A stretch of 64,000 nucleotides of DNA from Candidatus Altiarchaeales archaeon. GTDB lineage: Archaea > Altiarchaeota > Altiarchaeia > IMC4 > SCGC-AAA252-I15. Position 1 is the stretch's first letter. Every line of letters starts with the position of its first letter. The notes beneath the pieces are model-generated. The model was not told the DNA's origin, made no database searches, and worked only from the letters and a program-made list of their open reading frames with translations. Below, in pieces: positions 8,999 to 18,726 of the stretch. The stretch is taken from NCBI GenBank assembly GCA_014727915.1, contig WJMO01000006.1, forward strand, positions 160,001 through 224,000. The letters run 5' to 3'. A program made the translations under genes and the position numbers.

Positions 8999-9763
8999 TC
9001 ATCTGCTGTGCTTTCTCTTAAGTTGGCCTACCGTGTATTCCGCGAGTTTCTCCAGGTTCACCGTGTCATCGCGGTTGTACTTCACCAGAAGGTCGAGTGC
9101 TTTCTCGCCCTTCACTTTTTTGCCTGCGACTTCCACCGTTCGATCGTTCTCGTAGGCCTTCCACAGCCGCACAGCATCGTATCCCGTCACGCCGTCCGTG
9201 TCCCTTGACATGCCCAGCCGGGATTCGATCCTCTTAAGGCCGCCGCTGAAGCCGAGGGACCTCAGGGGATACATGAGATCAAGGTGAATCTGCTTGAAAC
9301 TTATGTCCAATGCGTGGGTGAGGAATGGAAGGTCAAACCTCATTCCGTTGAATGAGACTATGTATTTGAAATCCTGCAAGTCCTTCTTCAGCTCCCCCAG
9401 GTTATCCCCTGACACATAGCTTTTGGTCTCCCTGCCGCTGTGCACGCAGACGGTTGTCACCTCGTCATAGACAGGTGACAGTCCGGTTGTCTCGATGTCG
9501 ATGTAGCAGGCGTGGTCCCTGAACGCGTTATACGCCCTCCACGTCAGAGGCTTGGGCAGGCGTTCCCTGAAGTAGTGGTGGTCGAGGGCGTCGAGGCGTG
9601 CGATGCTCTCCAGACAGGCTGCCCTGAGACGCTTGCAGATGGGCGCCGGCAGTTCAACCTCTTTTTTCGCCAGATGCCTCCAGCTTTTGACACCCCTCTC
9701 CCAGAGCATCCTCTCCGTCTTCTCCCCGACCCCGGGGATATGCTGGAATGTGGACTCGATCAT
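8999..9763 (-). CDS. YprB-like RNase H-fold exonuclease with N-terminal HhH
   Basis: IPGVGEKTE; YIDIETTG, FNGMRFDLPFL, HLDL, YNRDD. Confidence 0.85.
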   Translation of the reverse strand: MIESTFQHIPGVGEKTERMLWERGVKSWRHLAKKEVELPAPICKRLRAACLESIARLDALDHHYFRERLPKPLTWRAYNAFRDHACYIDIETTGLSPVYDEVTTVCVHSGRETKSYVSGDNLGELKKDLQDFKYIVSFNGMRFDLPFLTHALDISFKQIHLDLMYPLRSLGFSGGLKRIESRLGMSRDTDGVTGYDAVRLWKAYENDRTVEVAGKKVKGEKALDLLVKYNRDDTVNLEKLAEYTVGQLKRKHSR

Positions 9764-9903
9764 TCAAGACAATTAGAATTGGCAATTATTAATTGGACCC
9801 TGGACGATGAGCGTGGTGGATCCGGGAGGAGTTTCGCATCATCCGGAGTCACGATAGGGATATCGGCGGTTTTGGCTCCGGCAGCCATCACCCCGCTCAT
9901 GTA

Positions 9904-9933
9904 GTTACCAGATGGTTACCTCAACATTATAAT
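9904..9933 (+). promoter_or_regulatory. GGTTACC-N6-TTATAAT promoter
   Basis: GTTACC 9904, GGTTACC 9914, TATA 9927-9933, ATG 9956. Confidence 0.5.
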
Positions 9934-9955
9934 CCAGGGGAATAATAGTATTAAT

Positions 9956-10318
9956 ATGAAGGACCTTAGGTATCTTACGGGCGTTTTAGCCATTCTGCTC
10001 TTGTCTGCCGCGTTCTTTGCGTTGAACACCGGAGCGGACGAGACACCGCAATTACCCCAGCAGGTGGATGAAAAAGCCCACGACTGCCTTGATTTCATCG
10101 ACTCTGACGGCGACGGCGTATGCGACAAGGAAGGAACGTGCCTGAAGCACAACAGTGAAGGGGGATGCGGCAACTGCGATAGGCACAAGTACGAAGGTTC
10201 TGAAGTTGGGTGCAGTTTCGGACGCAAAGAAGGCAAGGTCGGAGGATGCACTGGAGTATGCGGGAAGCACGCCGGCAAAGACCATCTGCCCTGCGGGCGA
10301 AAAAGCGTTTTCAGTTGA
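9956..10318 (+). CDS. Small exported Cys/His-rich protein
   Basis: Signal/TM segment; DSDGDGVCD; nine Cys. Confidence 0.7.
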   Translation: MKDLRYLTGVLAILLLSAAFFALNTGADETPQLPQQVDEKAHDCLDFIDSDGDGVCDKEGTCLKHNSEGGCGNCDRHKYEGSEVGCSFGRKEGKVGGCTGVCGKHAGKDHLPCGRKSVFS

Positions 10319-10320
10319 AG

Positions 10321-10476
10321 ATGGGATTGTTCTGCGGTGAATGCGGTCTGACGGAGGCGATAACGCCCCTGCTGCTTACACTGTCCGTCATACTGCCAGT
10401 GGAACTGAAGTCCAGAGTTGAACGTTACCTCGCAAGCCGCAGATGCGAAGTCAAAGAGGAAGAGCCGGTTAAGTGA
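10321..10476 (+). CDS. Small CxxC protein with hydrophobic segment (51 aa)
   Basis: MGLFCGECG...; ATG 2 bp after the upstream stop. Confidence 0.45.
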   Translation: MGLFCGECGLTEAITPLLLTLSVILPVELKSRVERYLASRRCEVKEEEPVK

Positions 10477-11632
10477 ACATGCTCAGGCTCGTCTGTACGT
10501 TATGAAGGTTCTCCCTCAGGAGAAGAGACTCTCTCTCATAGGTCTCAATAGGCAGGGTCAGCTTTCCCAAAGCCTGGTCAAGCGCCTCTATGAGGGTGTT
10601 ATGCTCTGTTGGCTTGCCTTTCACCGCCGCCCGGACGTTCTCGCGCACATTGAAAACTCCCAGAGGGACGTAGCCGGGGTAGGCTTCCCTGAGTATTATC
10701 GCTCCTGCCTGGATCTTCTCTCTGTGCAGCTGCTCCAACACAGCCATCTTGCAGCTGTAGTAGCATCCGCCCACGCAACTGTATCCTCTCTTGCCGAGGT
10801 TGGTCTCATGGTCTCCGAAGGTGTGGGTCCTGCCGCCCAAGACTTTGATGAAGGACTCAGTCCACTCGTACTGCCATGCCGTAGGCAGCAGAATCACCTG
10901 GTAGCTGTTGTTGAGGCTCTGGTGCCCGTAGACCCGGTAGCAGTCTAGGATGTCATTTTGCCTGACCTCCTCAAGGAGGTGGTTTCCGATCGTCGAATCA
11001 CATGCTGTTATCGACCACCTGGTGGGCACCATCCTCCGGTTCCTCTTCAACCCGAACGCGCCTACAGACAGCGCCTTCTGCATCTTGGAGAAATGCGTCT
11101 CACGCCTGTGAAGGTCCAGTATGGCTTCTTTCGCCTTCAAGTCCGTGTCATAGTATGCTTTCTCAAGGTCCCTGTCCCAGCTGCCCTCCTCTACCCTGTA
11201 TTCTTCGAGGAACGCGCTGGGTCCGTGAGGTGTGTGCTCGTCGCTCAACCTCAATCCCCTGGGCTGGTTCCTGAACTTCACCTCTCCCATGCTTGAACGC
11301 TTTGAGAGTGCGGTCTCCTGGAGTTTCACCGCGAGCCTGTCCTCAACGTCCGTGACATCCAGCTCCCGCTTGCCCCTGACCAGGTTAACCCTGTAGTTTA
11401 TTATCTCATCCTGCTCGTATCCGCCTGGCACCCACTCTTCCGGGCTGTCATATATTTCCGTCGCCTCATGTTCAGCTGCCATCATGGGACCGGCGTAGAC
11501 TTTGGGATAGTTCCAGGAGCCGATGAACACCGAAGGGGGAGTGCTGCCCTCCATCTCCCTGCCGACGTCAACGCTCCTGATCCTGGTCTGAGCCGTAAGC
11601 TGCTTCAGAAAATAGCCCTTACCCTTCAGCAT
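10469..11632 (-). CDS. nreA: Nre-family archaeal DNA repair protein
   Basis: GSTPPSVFIG..YPKV, VPTRWSIT, GGCYY, PLGVFNVRE; C-terminal PIP box QTSLSMF; no N-terminal Zn finger. Confidence 0.85.
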   Translation of the reverse strand: MLKGKGYFLKQLTAQTRIRSVDVGREMEGSTPPSVFIGSWNYPKVYAGPMMAAEHEATEIYDSPEEWVPGGYEQDEIINYRVNLVRGKRELDVTDVEDRLAVKLQETALSKRSSMGEVKFRNQPRGLRLSDEHTPHGPSAFLEEYRVEEGSWDRDLEKAYYDTDLKAKEAILDLHRRETHFSKMQKALSVGAFGLKRNRRMVPTRWSITACDSTIGNHLLEEVRQNDILDCYRVYGHQSLNNSYQVILLPTAWQYEWTESFIKVLGGRTHTFGDHETNLGKRGYSCVGGCYYSCKMAVLEQLHREKIQAGAIILREAYPGYVPLGVFNVRENVRAAVKGKPTEHNTLIEALDQALGKLTLPIETYERESLLLRENLHNVQTSLSMFT

Positions 11633-11705
11633 ATGAAGAACTTCGACACCCTAATAAAAACAATAGGGGTTAGAGCAGCGGAAAAATAAATGTTTGGGGG
11701 GATGT

Positions 11706-11933
11706 CTATAGCATCTCCCCTATCTCTATTGTGTCGTCTTCAGGTATGAACGGGGGCATAACCTCGTCCACGTCCACATCGTCCAATGACGTGTTATCTG
11801 CGACGGTGCCGGGCTGCACTCTCGTATCCCCCTGGGGGCTGGAGTCCTCCGACATGCCGGCGTCCGTATGCGTGGACTGCATGCATCCTATGGCAAACAC
11901 CACCAGCACTGCGAGGGCGACTAATGCTCTCAT
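11706..11933 (-). CDS. Small acidic lipoprotein-like protein
   Basis: Signal ending AIGC; ATGA overlap with the upstream gene. Confidence 0.6.
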   Translation of the reverse strand: MRALVALAVLVVFAIGCMQSTHTDAGMSEDSSPQGDTRVQPGTVADNTSLDDVDVDEVMPPFIPEDDTIEIGEML

Positions 11934-12919
11934 TTTCCATTGCCTCCGCCGCCGTTATTGCCCTGTGCTCCTAAACCGTTATTGCCCGGTCCTCCACCGG
12001 CGGGGTTTTCCTGGCCTGGGCCTTTCTTATCCTGTTGTTTCTGGATTATCTCCTGGCGCTTTTCCATGCGGTCCTGGAGCTTGCCCATCTGGCGGTCGAG
12101 GTTCTCCACCCTCTTCTGCAGCCGCTCCTGCGCGCCATCCGACAGGTTCATGGCCTGGGCCTTCTCCAACCTCTTCTCAAGCCTGGCGTTAGCTCTTTCC
12201 ATCTGGTTCAACGCAACCCTGTCGGCCACAGCCTTCTTGAAGACGCTCCCCTTGACATGCTCTTCCTTCATCGCAGACCATGCGTTCCTCTTCTGGGTAT
12301 TGTTCATTGCCTTAAATGCGTTCTTCAATGACTTTTGTACCTGGCTCTTGTTCGCTTCGCCGTTCTCCACATCCTCGATAAGGCCAGGGTCGTCTATGCC
12401 GGCCGCGTCCATCATGTTCTGCAGCTGCTCCGCATTATACGCGTTCCGGGCATTCCGGAACCTCTGCTTCCACTCCTGCCCGGTGCCGTTCAACTCAGCC
12501 CTAAATGACTTCCTCAAAGCCGCCGCCTCAGGACCGGAGATCAAAGTCCTCGCGGATTCCCGGAACTCCTTGGTCAAAGCCACAGACTCCTGTTTCATGT
12601 CAACAAAAGCCTTAGCCGCCGCCTCCCCGACCGCGGGCTCCGTGGACCCGACCTCGTCCAATAGCACGTTCATCTCGGCCAGAATCGCCTCCAGGCCGGA
12701 CGAGTCACTCCCGTTCGCCTCAACATACCCTATTATCTCCTCACCCCATGCGATGTTCTTCTCAAGCGCCCGCTCAAGCTGGAGCAGACGCACCTCAGAA
12801 CCCCAGGTGGACCTGAAAGCCAGTGTCTCATTCTCCACCTCTCCACCAGCATCCTCTGCGAATACAGGGTTCGCGTAAGCCAACACCACCAACAAGCTCA
12901 AAATCAATGCTTTTTTCAT
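11930..12919 (-). CDS. Secreted all-helical coiled-coil protein
   Basis: GAGGTGA SD, signal peptide, E/K/R/Q-rich helices, Gly/Asn tail. Confidence 0.75.
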   Translation of the reverse strand: MKKALILSLLVVLAYANPVFAEDAGGEVENETLAFRSTWGSEVRLLQLERALEKNIAWGEEIIGYVEANGSDSSGLEAILAEMNVLLDEVGSTEPAVGEAAAKAFVDMKQESVALTKEFRESARTLISGPEAAALRKSFRAELNGTGQEWKQRFRNARNAYNAEQLQNMMDAAGIDDPGLIEDVENGEANKSQVQKSLKNAFKAMNNTQKRNAWSAMKEEHVKGSVFKKAVADRVALNQMERANARLEKRLEKAQAMNLSDGAQERLQKRVENLDRQMGKLQDRMEKRQEIIQKQQDKKGPGQENPAGGGPGNNGLGAQGNNGGGGNGK

Positions 12920-12963
12920 ATTCCATTCACCTCACAACATTTGTTGGTTGCTTACATCTAAGG

Positions 12964-13012
12964 TGGAACAGCATAAGAGCCTACGCCGGAAAACGGCGGA
13001 AAACCGCGGAAC
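12964..13012 (-). promoter_or_regulatory. GGAAC/GGAAA repeat array
   Basis: TGGAAC 12964, CGGAAA 12987 and 12997, CGGAAC 13007; outer copies 43 bp apart. Confidence 0.45.
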
Positions 13013-13695
13013 TAGTTCAACTTCACCATGGCGCTCATCCCGACCCGCCTCTTCTCGACAACGCCCATGCCCTCGAGTGTGTCTATGTTCCGTGACACGC
13101 TGGACTTGGGCAGGTTCAGCTGCTCACATATCTCCGCCTGGTTCACGGGAGCATTCCTCTCCCTGAGGAACTCGACTATCATCCTCTGCCTGTCGGTGAG
13201 CATACGATCGTCAAAGCCAGCACCTGCCTTGGAAGGCCTCCACCATAGATACATCACCGCAGAGGCGGCAGCCAACAAGGCTATGACGGCAGCATACAGT
13301 GTGCTGTTGTCAGGTGAACTTTCACGGCCGATGGTGTACTGGACCAGGACATTGAAGGGCTCATCCTCCCCAACCCCCGACACCTTAACCCTCCCATCCT
13401 CGGAGGATATCCTGAAGCCCCGGGGGGACATGGCATAGTTGACTTCCGCCCCTTCGGGCAGCTTGACAGAGTACACGTACTCGGTGAAATCACCGTCCAA
13501 GCTGATGTTAAGCAGCCAGTAGCCGCCGCGCTTGAACGTGTACTGGTCGTAGACCCCGTCAGCCAGCAGGGGGTGGTTGCTGGTGCCAGATATTGTAGCG
13601 GCTCCAGACCCGCTGACATCAAATGATACGTCAGCGTAGTAGGCCTCGGCCGAGGCGAAACCAACCAATAAGATGAAAAGCAAAACCCGCTTCAT
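13012..13695 (-). CDS. Membrane-anchored winged-HTH regulator with extracellular beta domain
   Basis: Signal peptide, beta-rich domain, TM, NQAEICEQLNLPKSSVSRNIDTLEGMGVVEKRRVG. Confidence 0.85.
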   Translation of the reverse strand: MKRVLLFILLVGFASAEAYYADVSFDVSGSGAATISGTSNHPLLADGVYDQYTFKRGGYWLLNISLDGDFTEYVYSVKLPEGAEVNYAMSPRGFRISSEDGRVKVSGVGEDEPFNVLVQYTIGRESSPDNSTLYAAVIALLAAASAVMYLWWRPSKAGAGFDDRMLTDRQRMIVEFLRERNAPVNQAEICEQLNLPKSSVSRNIDTLEGMGVVEKRRVGMSAMVKLN

Positions 13696-13855
13696 CGTGG
13701 AGAATATATATGCCAGACATCCTCTTAAAGGCATAAGCCACAACCGACAGTTAAAATTATTTATAATATTTTCAAAATAATTTAAAATTTTACATTAATA
13801 CTTTGTCTTCCATGTTGGGCTGGCCGGTATTTTTATTCCCTGTTCCCATGAGTTC

Positions 13856-16450
13856 ATGTTCAATATGCGGTGGTTGGTTTTATTCATAGTGTTGGCGCTA
13901 TTATCAGGCTTCACGACTGGCAGGCAGGATCAGGGCATGATGCCCGACCTGGGAAAGCAGAAGCCCGGCGCTGGCATCCCTGAGGTAGAGACCGGCCCCG
14001 GCAGCCAGCCGGCAGACCTGCCGGAGGTGCCCGGGGAGCGGGCGCTCATCTCCGGCGTGCCACACTATTATCAGGCGACCATGGAGGGGGAGATGTGCCC
14101 CAACCTCCTGCCCCTGCTCCTGGGAAGCCCCGTGCCCGCAGGCTACAAGGACTATAAGACCGGGTGCGGGCCGGTTGCTGCAGTGGCTGTTATGGGGTGG
14201 TGGGAGCGCCGGGGGGTAGACGGCCTGCTGCTGCATACGGTGGAGGGGGACGGCCTGCCCCAGGACACGATAATAGAGATAGGCCAGTACGAGTACTTGA
14301 GGAGGCTGCCGGACTGTGACAGCGGCCAGGCGGCGGTGACACCCTCAAGGTTCGAGACAGGATTCCAGAACTACCTGGACGACCACGGCAGCGTGGAATT
14401 CACGGTCACAAAATACAAGATAACCAAGGACAGCGACTTCGACCAGATATGGGATATGGTCAAGGAGGAGATAGACAACGGCCGGCCCCTCGTATACCTG
14501 CTCAGGCATGACGGTCTGCGGCAGGACGCAGCCAACGACCAGGACAACCACAAGCTCGCAGACCACTACATCGTCATAGTAGGATATGATACGGTGGACA
14601 ACCAGCGTGTTCTGGTGGGCCAGTACAACTTCGGCTACGTCGGCTACTACGACCACTACTTCACCCACTGGCTACCCCTCGAGGTCGGAGACTACACAAC
14701 AGCCTATCCAAAGTACCACCTGTTCGCCATCCGGCCTGTCTCAGAGCCGGACTACATGGGAGAGTGCAGCGGGTGGCTGCTGAACACCACCAGGTTCCAC
14801 GAGGCAGACCCCTACGACGGCGTCCAGTCGGAGTACTTCAGGCCCTACCAGGCGGAGTTCACCAACGGCAGCACATGGAAGAAGACCAACGTGTTGGAGA
14901 AGCAGGACGGCATCTGCTTCGTGGCCAGGTGGATAGACTCCGACGAGGACGGCATCTATGACGGGGAGGACAACTGCCCCGACATCTACAACCCAGGCCA
15001 GGAGAACGGCGACGGCGACGATTACGGGGACATATGCGACTACCCGGACATCGTGTTAGAATACGGTTACAGGGACTATTCCGAGGTGGAGTTGGGTGAC
15101 GGGCGGGCGAGGATATCATTCACCATCGACACGAACCTCACCAACCAGGGAACAGACCCCATTGTAGCCGGGACTTCACTGGTTGTGAAGTGGGTGCAGG
15201 AGGCAGTGACAACAGGGGGTGAGAAGGTAACAGCCGATGAAGATGGCGAGATTGTGCCTTTGAAGATAACCCAGGCCAAAGGAAGTAAGAAGCTGATGAT
15301 CATGGAGAACATCCCGGACGAGGATGAAGGCGGCAGCGGGCCTGAACTCATTTTGAACGTGGACGGCATGTTGGACATGCCGTTGGAACGCAGCCAGCAG
15401 GTGACTTTGTCTGCCGGGCTGTTGGAAGGCGGGTCTTATAGCCTGGACTCCCAGACGTTCTCGTTGATATTGGACGAGGGCGAATGCGCCACTGTCACCC
15501 ACACGATATACACCATCGATTCGGTGGATGAGATGGACGGCCATGAGGACAATGAAGTGGTTGAAGTCCCCTACAACAAGCTCAGCGACTGCTTCGGAGT
15601 CGCTGGAATAGACCCTGACGATGTTATAGACAGCATACTCGGGCCTCAAGCTTCCGTGGACGGCGCGGACACCCCTGAGTTGGACAAGGACATCGCCGAA
15701 GCCGGCATAGACCAGATAATAGGGATCCTGCAGACCATAGGACCGGAGGGCGGTACGAACCTCTACCACGACCATTTGACCGTTGACTTCCCCGCGGGCG
15801 CTGTTGACAGGCAGCTGCCGTTGAAGGTGAAGATATTCAGGGGTAGTATGGCGGGGTTCGATCCCGTGGGGGAAGTATATGACATCCAGTTCCCGCCGGG
15901 GCAGAGGCTTAACAAGCCCGTGACATTGTCCATAGGCTATGGGGGTGAAGACCTCGCCGGGGTTGAGGAGGGTTCCCTGGCTGTTCACACTTTCTCCCAG
16001 GGCAGGTGGACTGCCCTGCCATCCGAGGTTGACACGGCATATGATGTTGTGTCAACCCAGCTGAACCATTTCACCCTATACGCACTCGCACCATTAGGTC
16101 AGGGTTCTAAGACGCCGCCGAAGCCGTTCAACAAGTCGACGGCTAAGCCATTCGACAAGCCGGATCTTGGGAAGCCAAATAGATCAGAGATGCGCGGTTT
16201 CAAAGGCCCGGAGGGTAAAACGGGCGGAGAGAAGGCTTTGCTGTTCAAGCACATGAAATCCGGCGAGCAGCTTGTGAAGGTGAAGAACGTGACAAAGGAC
16301 GGCCGCCCCGCCTACCAGGTGCAGAAAAAACGCAGAGCCAGGATACTAGGCATAGTTCCTGTTGATGTGAACGTGGAGACGACAGTCGACGCCAACAGCG
16401 GGGAGAAACTGGGGGAGAATAAGCCCTGGTGGAACTTCCTGGCATTCTAA
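13856..16450 (+). CDS. Secreted papain-fold (C39/C10-like) peptidase with TSP3-like Ca repeats
   Basis: GCGPVA, GRPL, DHYIVIVGYD; DSDEDGIYDGEDNCP; C-terminal KPWWNFLAF. Confidence 0.75.
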   Translation: MFNMRWLVLFIVLALLSGFTTGRQDQGMMPDLGKQKPGAGIPEVETGPGSQPADLPEVPGERALISGVPHYYQATMEGEMCPNLLPLLLGSPVPAGYKDYKTGCGPVAAVAVMGWWERRGVDGLLLHTVEGDGLPQDTIIEIGQYEYLRRLPDCDSGQAAVTPSRFETGFQNYLDDHGSVEFTVTKYKITKDSDFDQIWDMVKEEIDNGRPLVYLLRHDGLRQDAANDQDNHKLADHYIVIVGYDTVDNQRVLVGQYNFGYVGYYDHYFTHWLPLEVGDYTTAYPKYHLFAIRPVSEPDYMGECSGWLLNTTRFHEADPYDGVQSEYFRPYQAEFTNGSTWKKTNVLEKQDGICFVARWIDSDEDGIYDGEDNCPDIYNPGQENGDGDDYGDICDYPDIVLEYGYRDYSEVELGDGRARISFTIDTNLTNQGTDPIVAGTSLVVKWVQEAVTTGGEKVTADEDGEIVPLKITQAKGSKKLMIMENIPDEDEGGSGPELILNVDGMLDMPLERSQQVTLSAGLLEGGSYSLDSQTFSLILDEGECATVTHTIYTIDSVDEMDGHEDNEVVEVPYNKLSDCFGVAGIDPDDVIDSILGPQASVDGADTPELDKDIAEAGIDQIIGILQTIGPEGGTNLYHDHLTVDFPAGAVDRQLPLKVKIFRGSMAGFDPVGEVYDIQFPPGQRLNKPVTLSIGYGGEDLAGVEEGSLAVHTFSQGRWTALPSEVDTAYDVVSTQLNHFTLYALAPLGQGSKTPPKPFNKSTAKPFDKPDLGKPNRSEMRGFKGPEGKTGGEKALLFKHMKSGEQLVKVKNVTKDGRPAYQVQKKRRARILGIVPVDVNVETTVDANSGEKLGENKPWWNFLAF

Positions 16451-16457
16451 AAAAAAT

Positions 16458-16895
16458 TTGAAGCTTTATTTGCATACTACCAAATATGGCATAATGGTCA
16501 CTGGAACAGTCCCCAAGGAGGAGGTTCCCCGGCGTATTGGCACTGACGGAGCTATTTTGAGGAAGGACGGTGTTCTGGTGGGGCCGCGGGAGTTCGTGCG
16601 ACTAAGCAGGAGTGAACGGCAGCTGTTGGACAAGCTGCTAGTGGAGTGCTATGGGGACGTGAAAGACCCGTTGGACACCTGGGCCGAGACCCCGGTTGGC
16701 AGGATCTTCTCCCTACAAGAGCGTGACTCCATAATAAAAGGTGTGAAAGACGACCTGGACCCTGAGGACGCGGGTCTGTTGTTCGACCGGCTTGAGAAGC
16801 TCAAGCACGAGAAGGAAGTCCCCCACCCCCAGGAGCACTTCCACACGCAACTAACGCACGCTGCCAAGTACGCAAGCCAACGGCAGAGAATCTGA
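16458..16895 (+). CDS. Hypothetical protein
   Basis: ORF with host-like codon use; start uncertain. Confidence 0.5.
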   Translation: MKLYLHTTKYGIMVTGTVPKEEVPRRIGTDGAILRKDGVLVGPREFVRLSRSERQLLDKLLVECYGDVKDPLDTWAETPVGRIFSLQERDSIIKGVKDDLDPEDAGLLFDRLEKLKHEKEVPHPQEHFHTQLTHAAKYASQRQRI

Positions 16896-16981
16896 AAAAG
16901 CAGGATATATTTTTCCATATCCTACCTAGTATTCTACCATGGGCAAGTTTAGGATGGTCTTCGGCCATAGCATCCAGGGTA

Positions 16982-17242
16982 TTGAGGCCCGTGAGGAGCT
17001 GCGGCACAGAATACAAGTCGGGATTGAAGTGCACCGACACAGACCTCGGACAGCACTTCTACTTCCCAGGCACCACAACAGGAAAACGATACTCCGCCTC
17101 GACCTCTGTGGACACTGAGACCGACAGCTGCGAAGGCGAGTTCATACTCAACGAATACTACTACGTCGGCGACACCCGGTACATCACACAGTACAGGTGC
17201 CCCAACGGCTGCGAAGACGGAGCCTGCAAGAGCGGTTTGTAA
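16982..17242 (+). pseudogene. Fragment of a Cys-rich surface-repeat protein
   Basis: CTDTDLG...DSC...LNEYY...CPNGCEDGAC unit with no signal peptide or good start. Confidence 0.5.
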
Positions 17243-17254
17243 CGTCAAGCCCTT

Positions 17255-18652
17255 CTATTTCCGGCCGTTCCAGCAGTATAGGCAGAGTTTCTCCCTGGGC
17301 AGGCCGATCGCCTCTATCATGTCTTCGAGGCGCTGGTACATTAGGGACGTGGAGCCGAGGTCATTGTTTATCCACTCTACCATCTTGGCGTATTCGTCGG
17401 AGTCGGAATCCAGGTATTTGTCCACGTTCTTTTTTATGTCTCCTTCCAGGCTTTTTATCGCCTTCCGGGCGGCCAGCTCCTCCAGGGTCTTCGTGGAAAG
17501 GTTGTACTTGCAGGGGAACATAAGCGGGGGACAGGCCACTCTGATGTGGATCTCCCTGGCTCCGCTGTTGTATAGTTTGTTGAGGGTGTAGTTCTTCAGC
17601 TGTGTGCCGCGGACGATGCTGTCCTCGCATATCACGATGCTCTTGCCCTTTATGATCTTCTCGTTGGGTATGAGCTTCATCAAGGCTATCTGGTCCCTTG
17701 TCTCCTGGGAAGGGGGAGTGTAGCTGCGTCCATATCCGGGTGTGTACTTGACCATGGGGCGCCTGAAGGGAACTCCAGCGCCGATCGCGTAACCGATGGC
17801 ATGCGCCACCCCGGAATCGGGTATGCCCGCGGCCATATCAGCCTTCACACTATCGCGTGCTGCCAGGGCCTTCCCGCACCGTTCCCTGACCTCCTCCGCG
17901 TTTATTCCCTCGTAGTCAGATGCCGGGAAGCCCGTGTATATCCACATGAAAGAGCATATCCGATTGTCTTCCCCCTCTTTTTTAACCGTCTTAACGCCCT
18001 TTTCAGTGAGCAGGACTATCTCGTCCGGTCCGACGTGCTTCTTCGCCTTCAAACCCAGGTTGGAGAAGGCGCATGACTCGGATGTGACCGCGTGGAATCC
18101 ATCGCCTTCGCCGACTACGAGGGGAAACCTGCCTTTCCGGTCGCGGGCAGCGTATACTCCGTCCTTGTTCAGTAGCAGCAGTGTTATAGAGCCTTGGATC
18201 TGGTCGTACATCTTGCCTATGCCGTCGACGATGTCATCGCCTTTGCTTATCATTGTTGCCACCAGCTCGGCCGGGTTCACTCCGTCCTTGGAGTACTCTG
18301 AGAATGTCTCCCCGTTCTCGATCAGCTCGCTGGCTATTTCAGACTTGTTCTCTATGAGCCCGTTTGTGCAGAGGGCGTAGGTGCCGAACTTCGACTCGAA
18401 TACGAGGGGCTGCTCGTTGCTGTCGCTTATGACGCCGATGCCCGCTTTGCCCTCTATGTCCTGGAGGTCCTGGTAGAACTTCCCCTTGAACTGGCTCTGC
18501 TGTATGTCGTGTATCTTCTTCGTTATCCTGTTCTCGCCGTTGAGGACTGCGAGGCCCCCGTACTGTGTTCCAAGGTGGCTGTGGTAGTCCACGCCCACGA
18601 ATAGTTTGCTCGTGCAATCCGCCCCGCCTATGACTCCGAACAATCCACTCAT
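17255..18652 (-). CDS. purF: Amidophosphoribosyltransferase, variant lacking Cys1
   Basis: CSFMWIY, IPDSG, EDSIVRGT PRPP loop, ACPP, LCLYCWNG; starts MSGLFG. Confidence 0.9.
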   Translation of the reverse strand: MSGLFGVIGGADCTSKLFVGVDYHSHLGTQYGGLAVLNGENRITKKIHDIQQSQFKGKFYQDLQDIEGKAGIGVISDSNEQPLVFESKFGTYALCTNGLIENKSEIASELIENGETFSEYSKDGVNPAELVATMISKGDDIVDGIGKMYDQIQGSITLLLLNKDGVYAARDRKGRFPLVVGEGDGFHAVTSESCAFSNLGLKAKKHVGPDEIVLLTEKGVKTVKKEGEDNRICSFMWIYTGFPASDYEGINAEEVRERCGKALAARDSVKADMAAGIPDSGVAHAIGYAIGAGVPFRRPMVKYTPGYGRSYTPPSQETRDQIALMKLIPNEKIIKGKSIVICEDSIVRGTQLKNYTLNKLYNSGAREIHIRVACPPLMFPCKYNLSTKTLEELAARKAIKSLEGDIKKNVDKYLDSDSDEYAKMVEWINNDLGSTSLMYQRLEDMIEAIGLPREKLCLYCWNGRK

Positions 18653-18726
18653 CCTAAAGGAGAAGCTATTGGACAGATAGTTTAAAAAGTAATGTAATAA
18701 ACCCTGACGCATAATCTCTTCCCAAT

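Noticed and set aside
11940-12878. 312-aa plus-strand ORF (likewise 57950-58843 and 15176-15988)
   Set aside because: Antisense shadows of clear genes in GC-rich DNA
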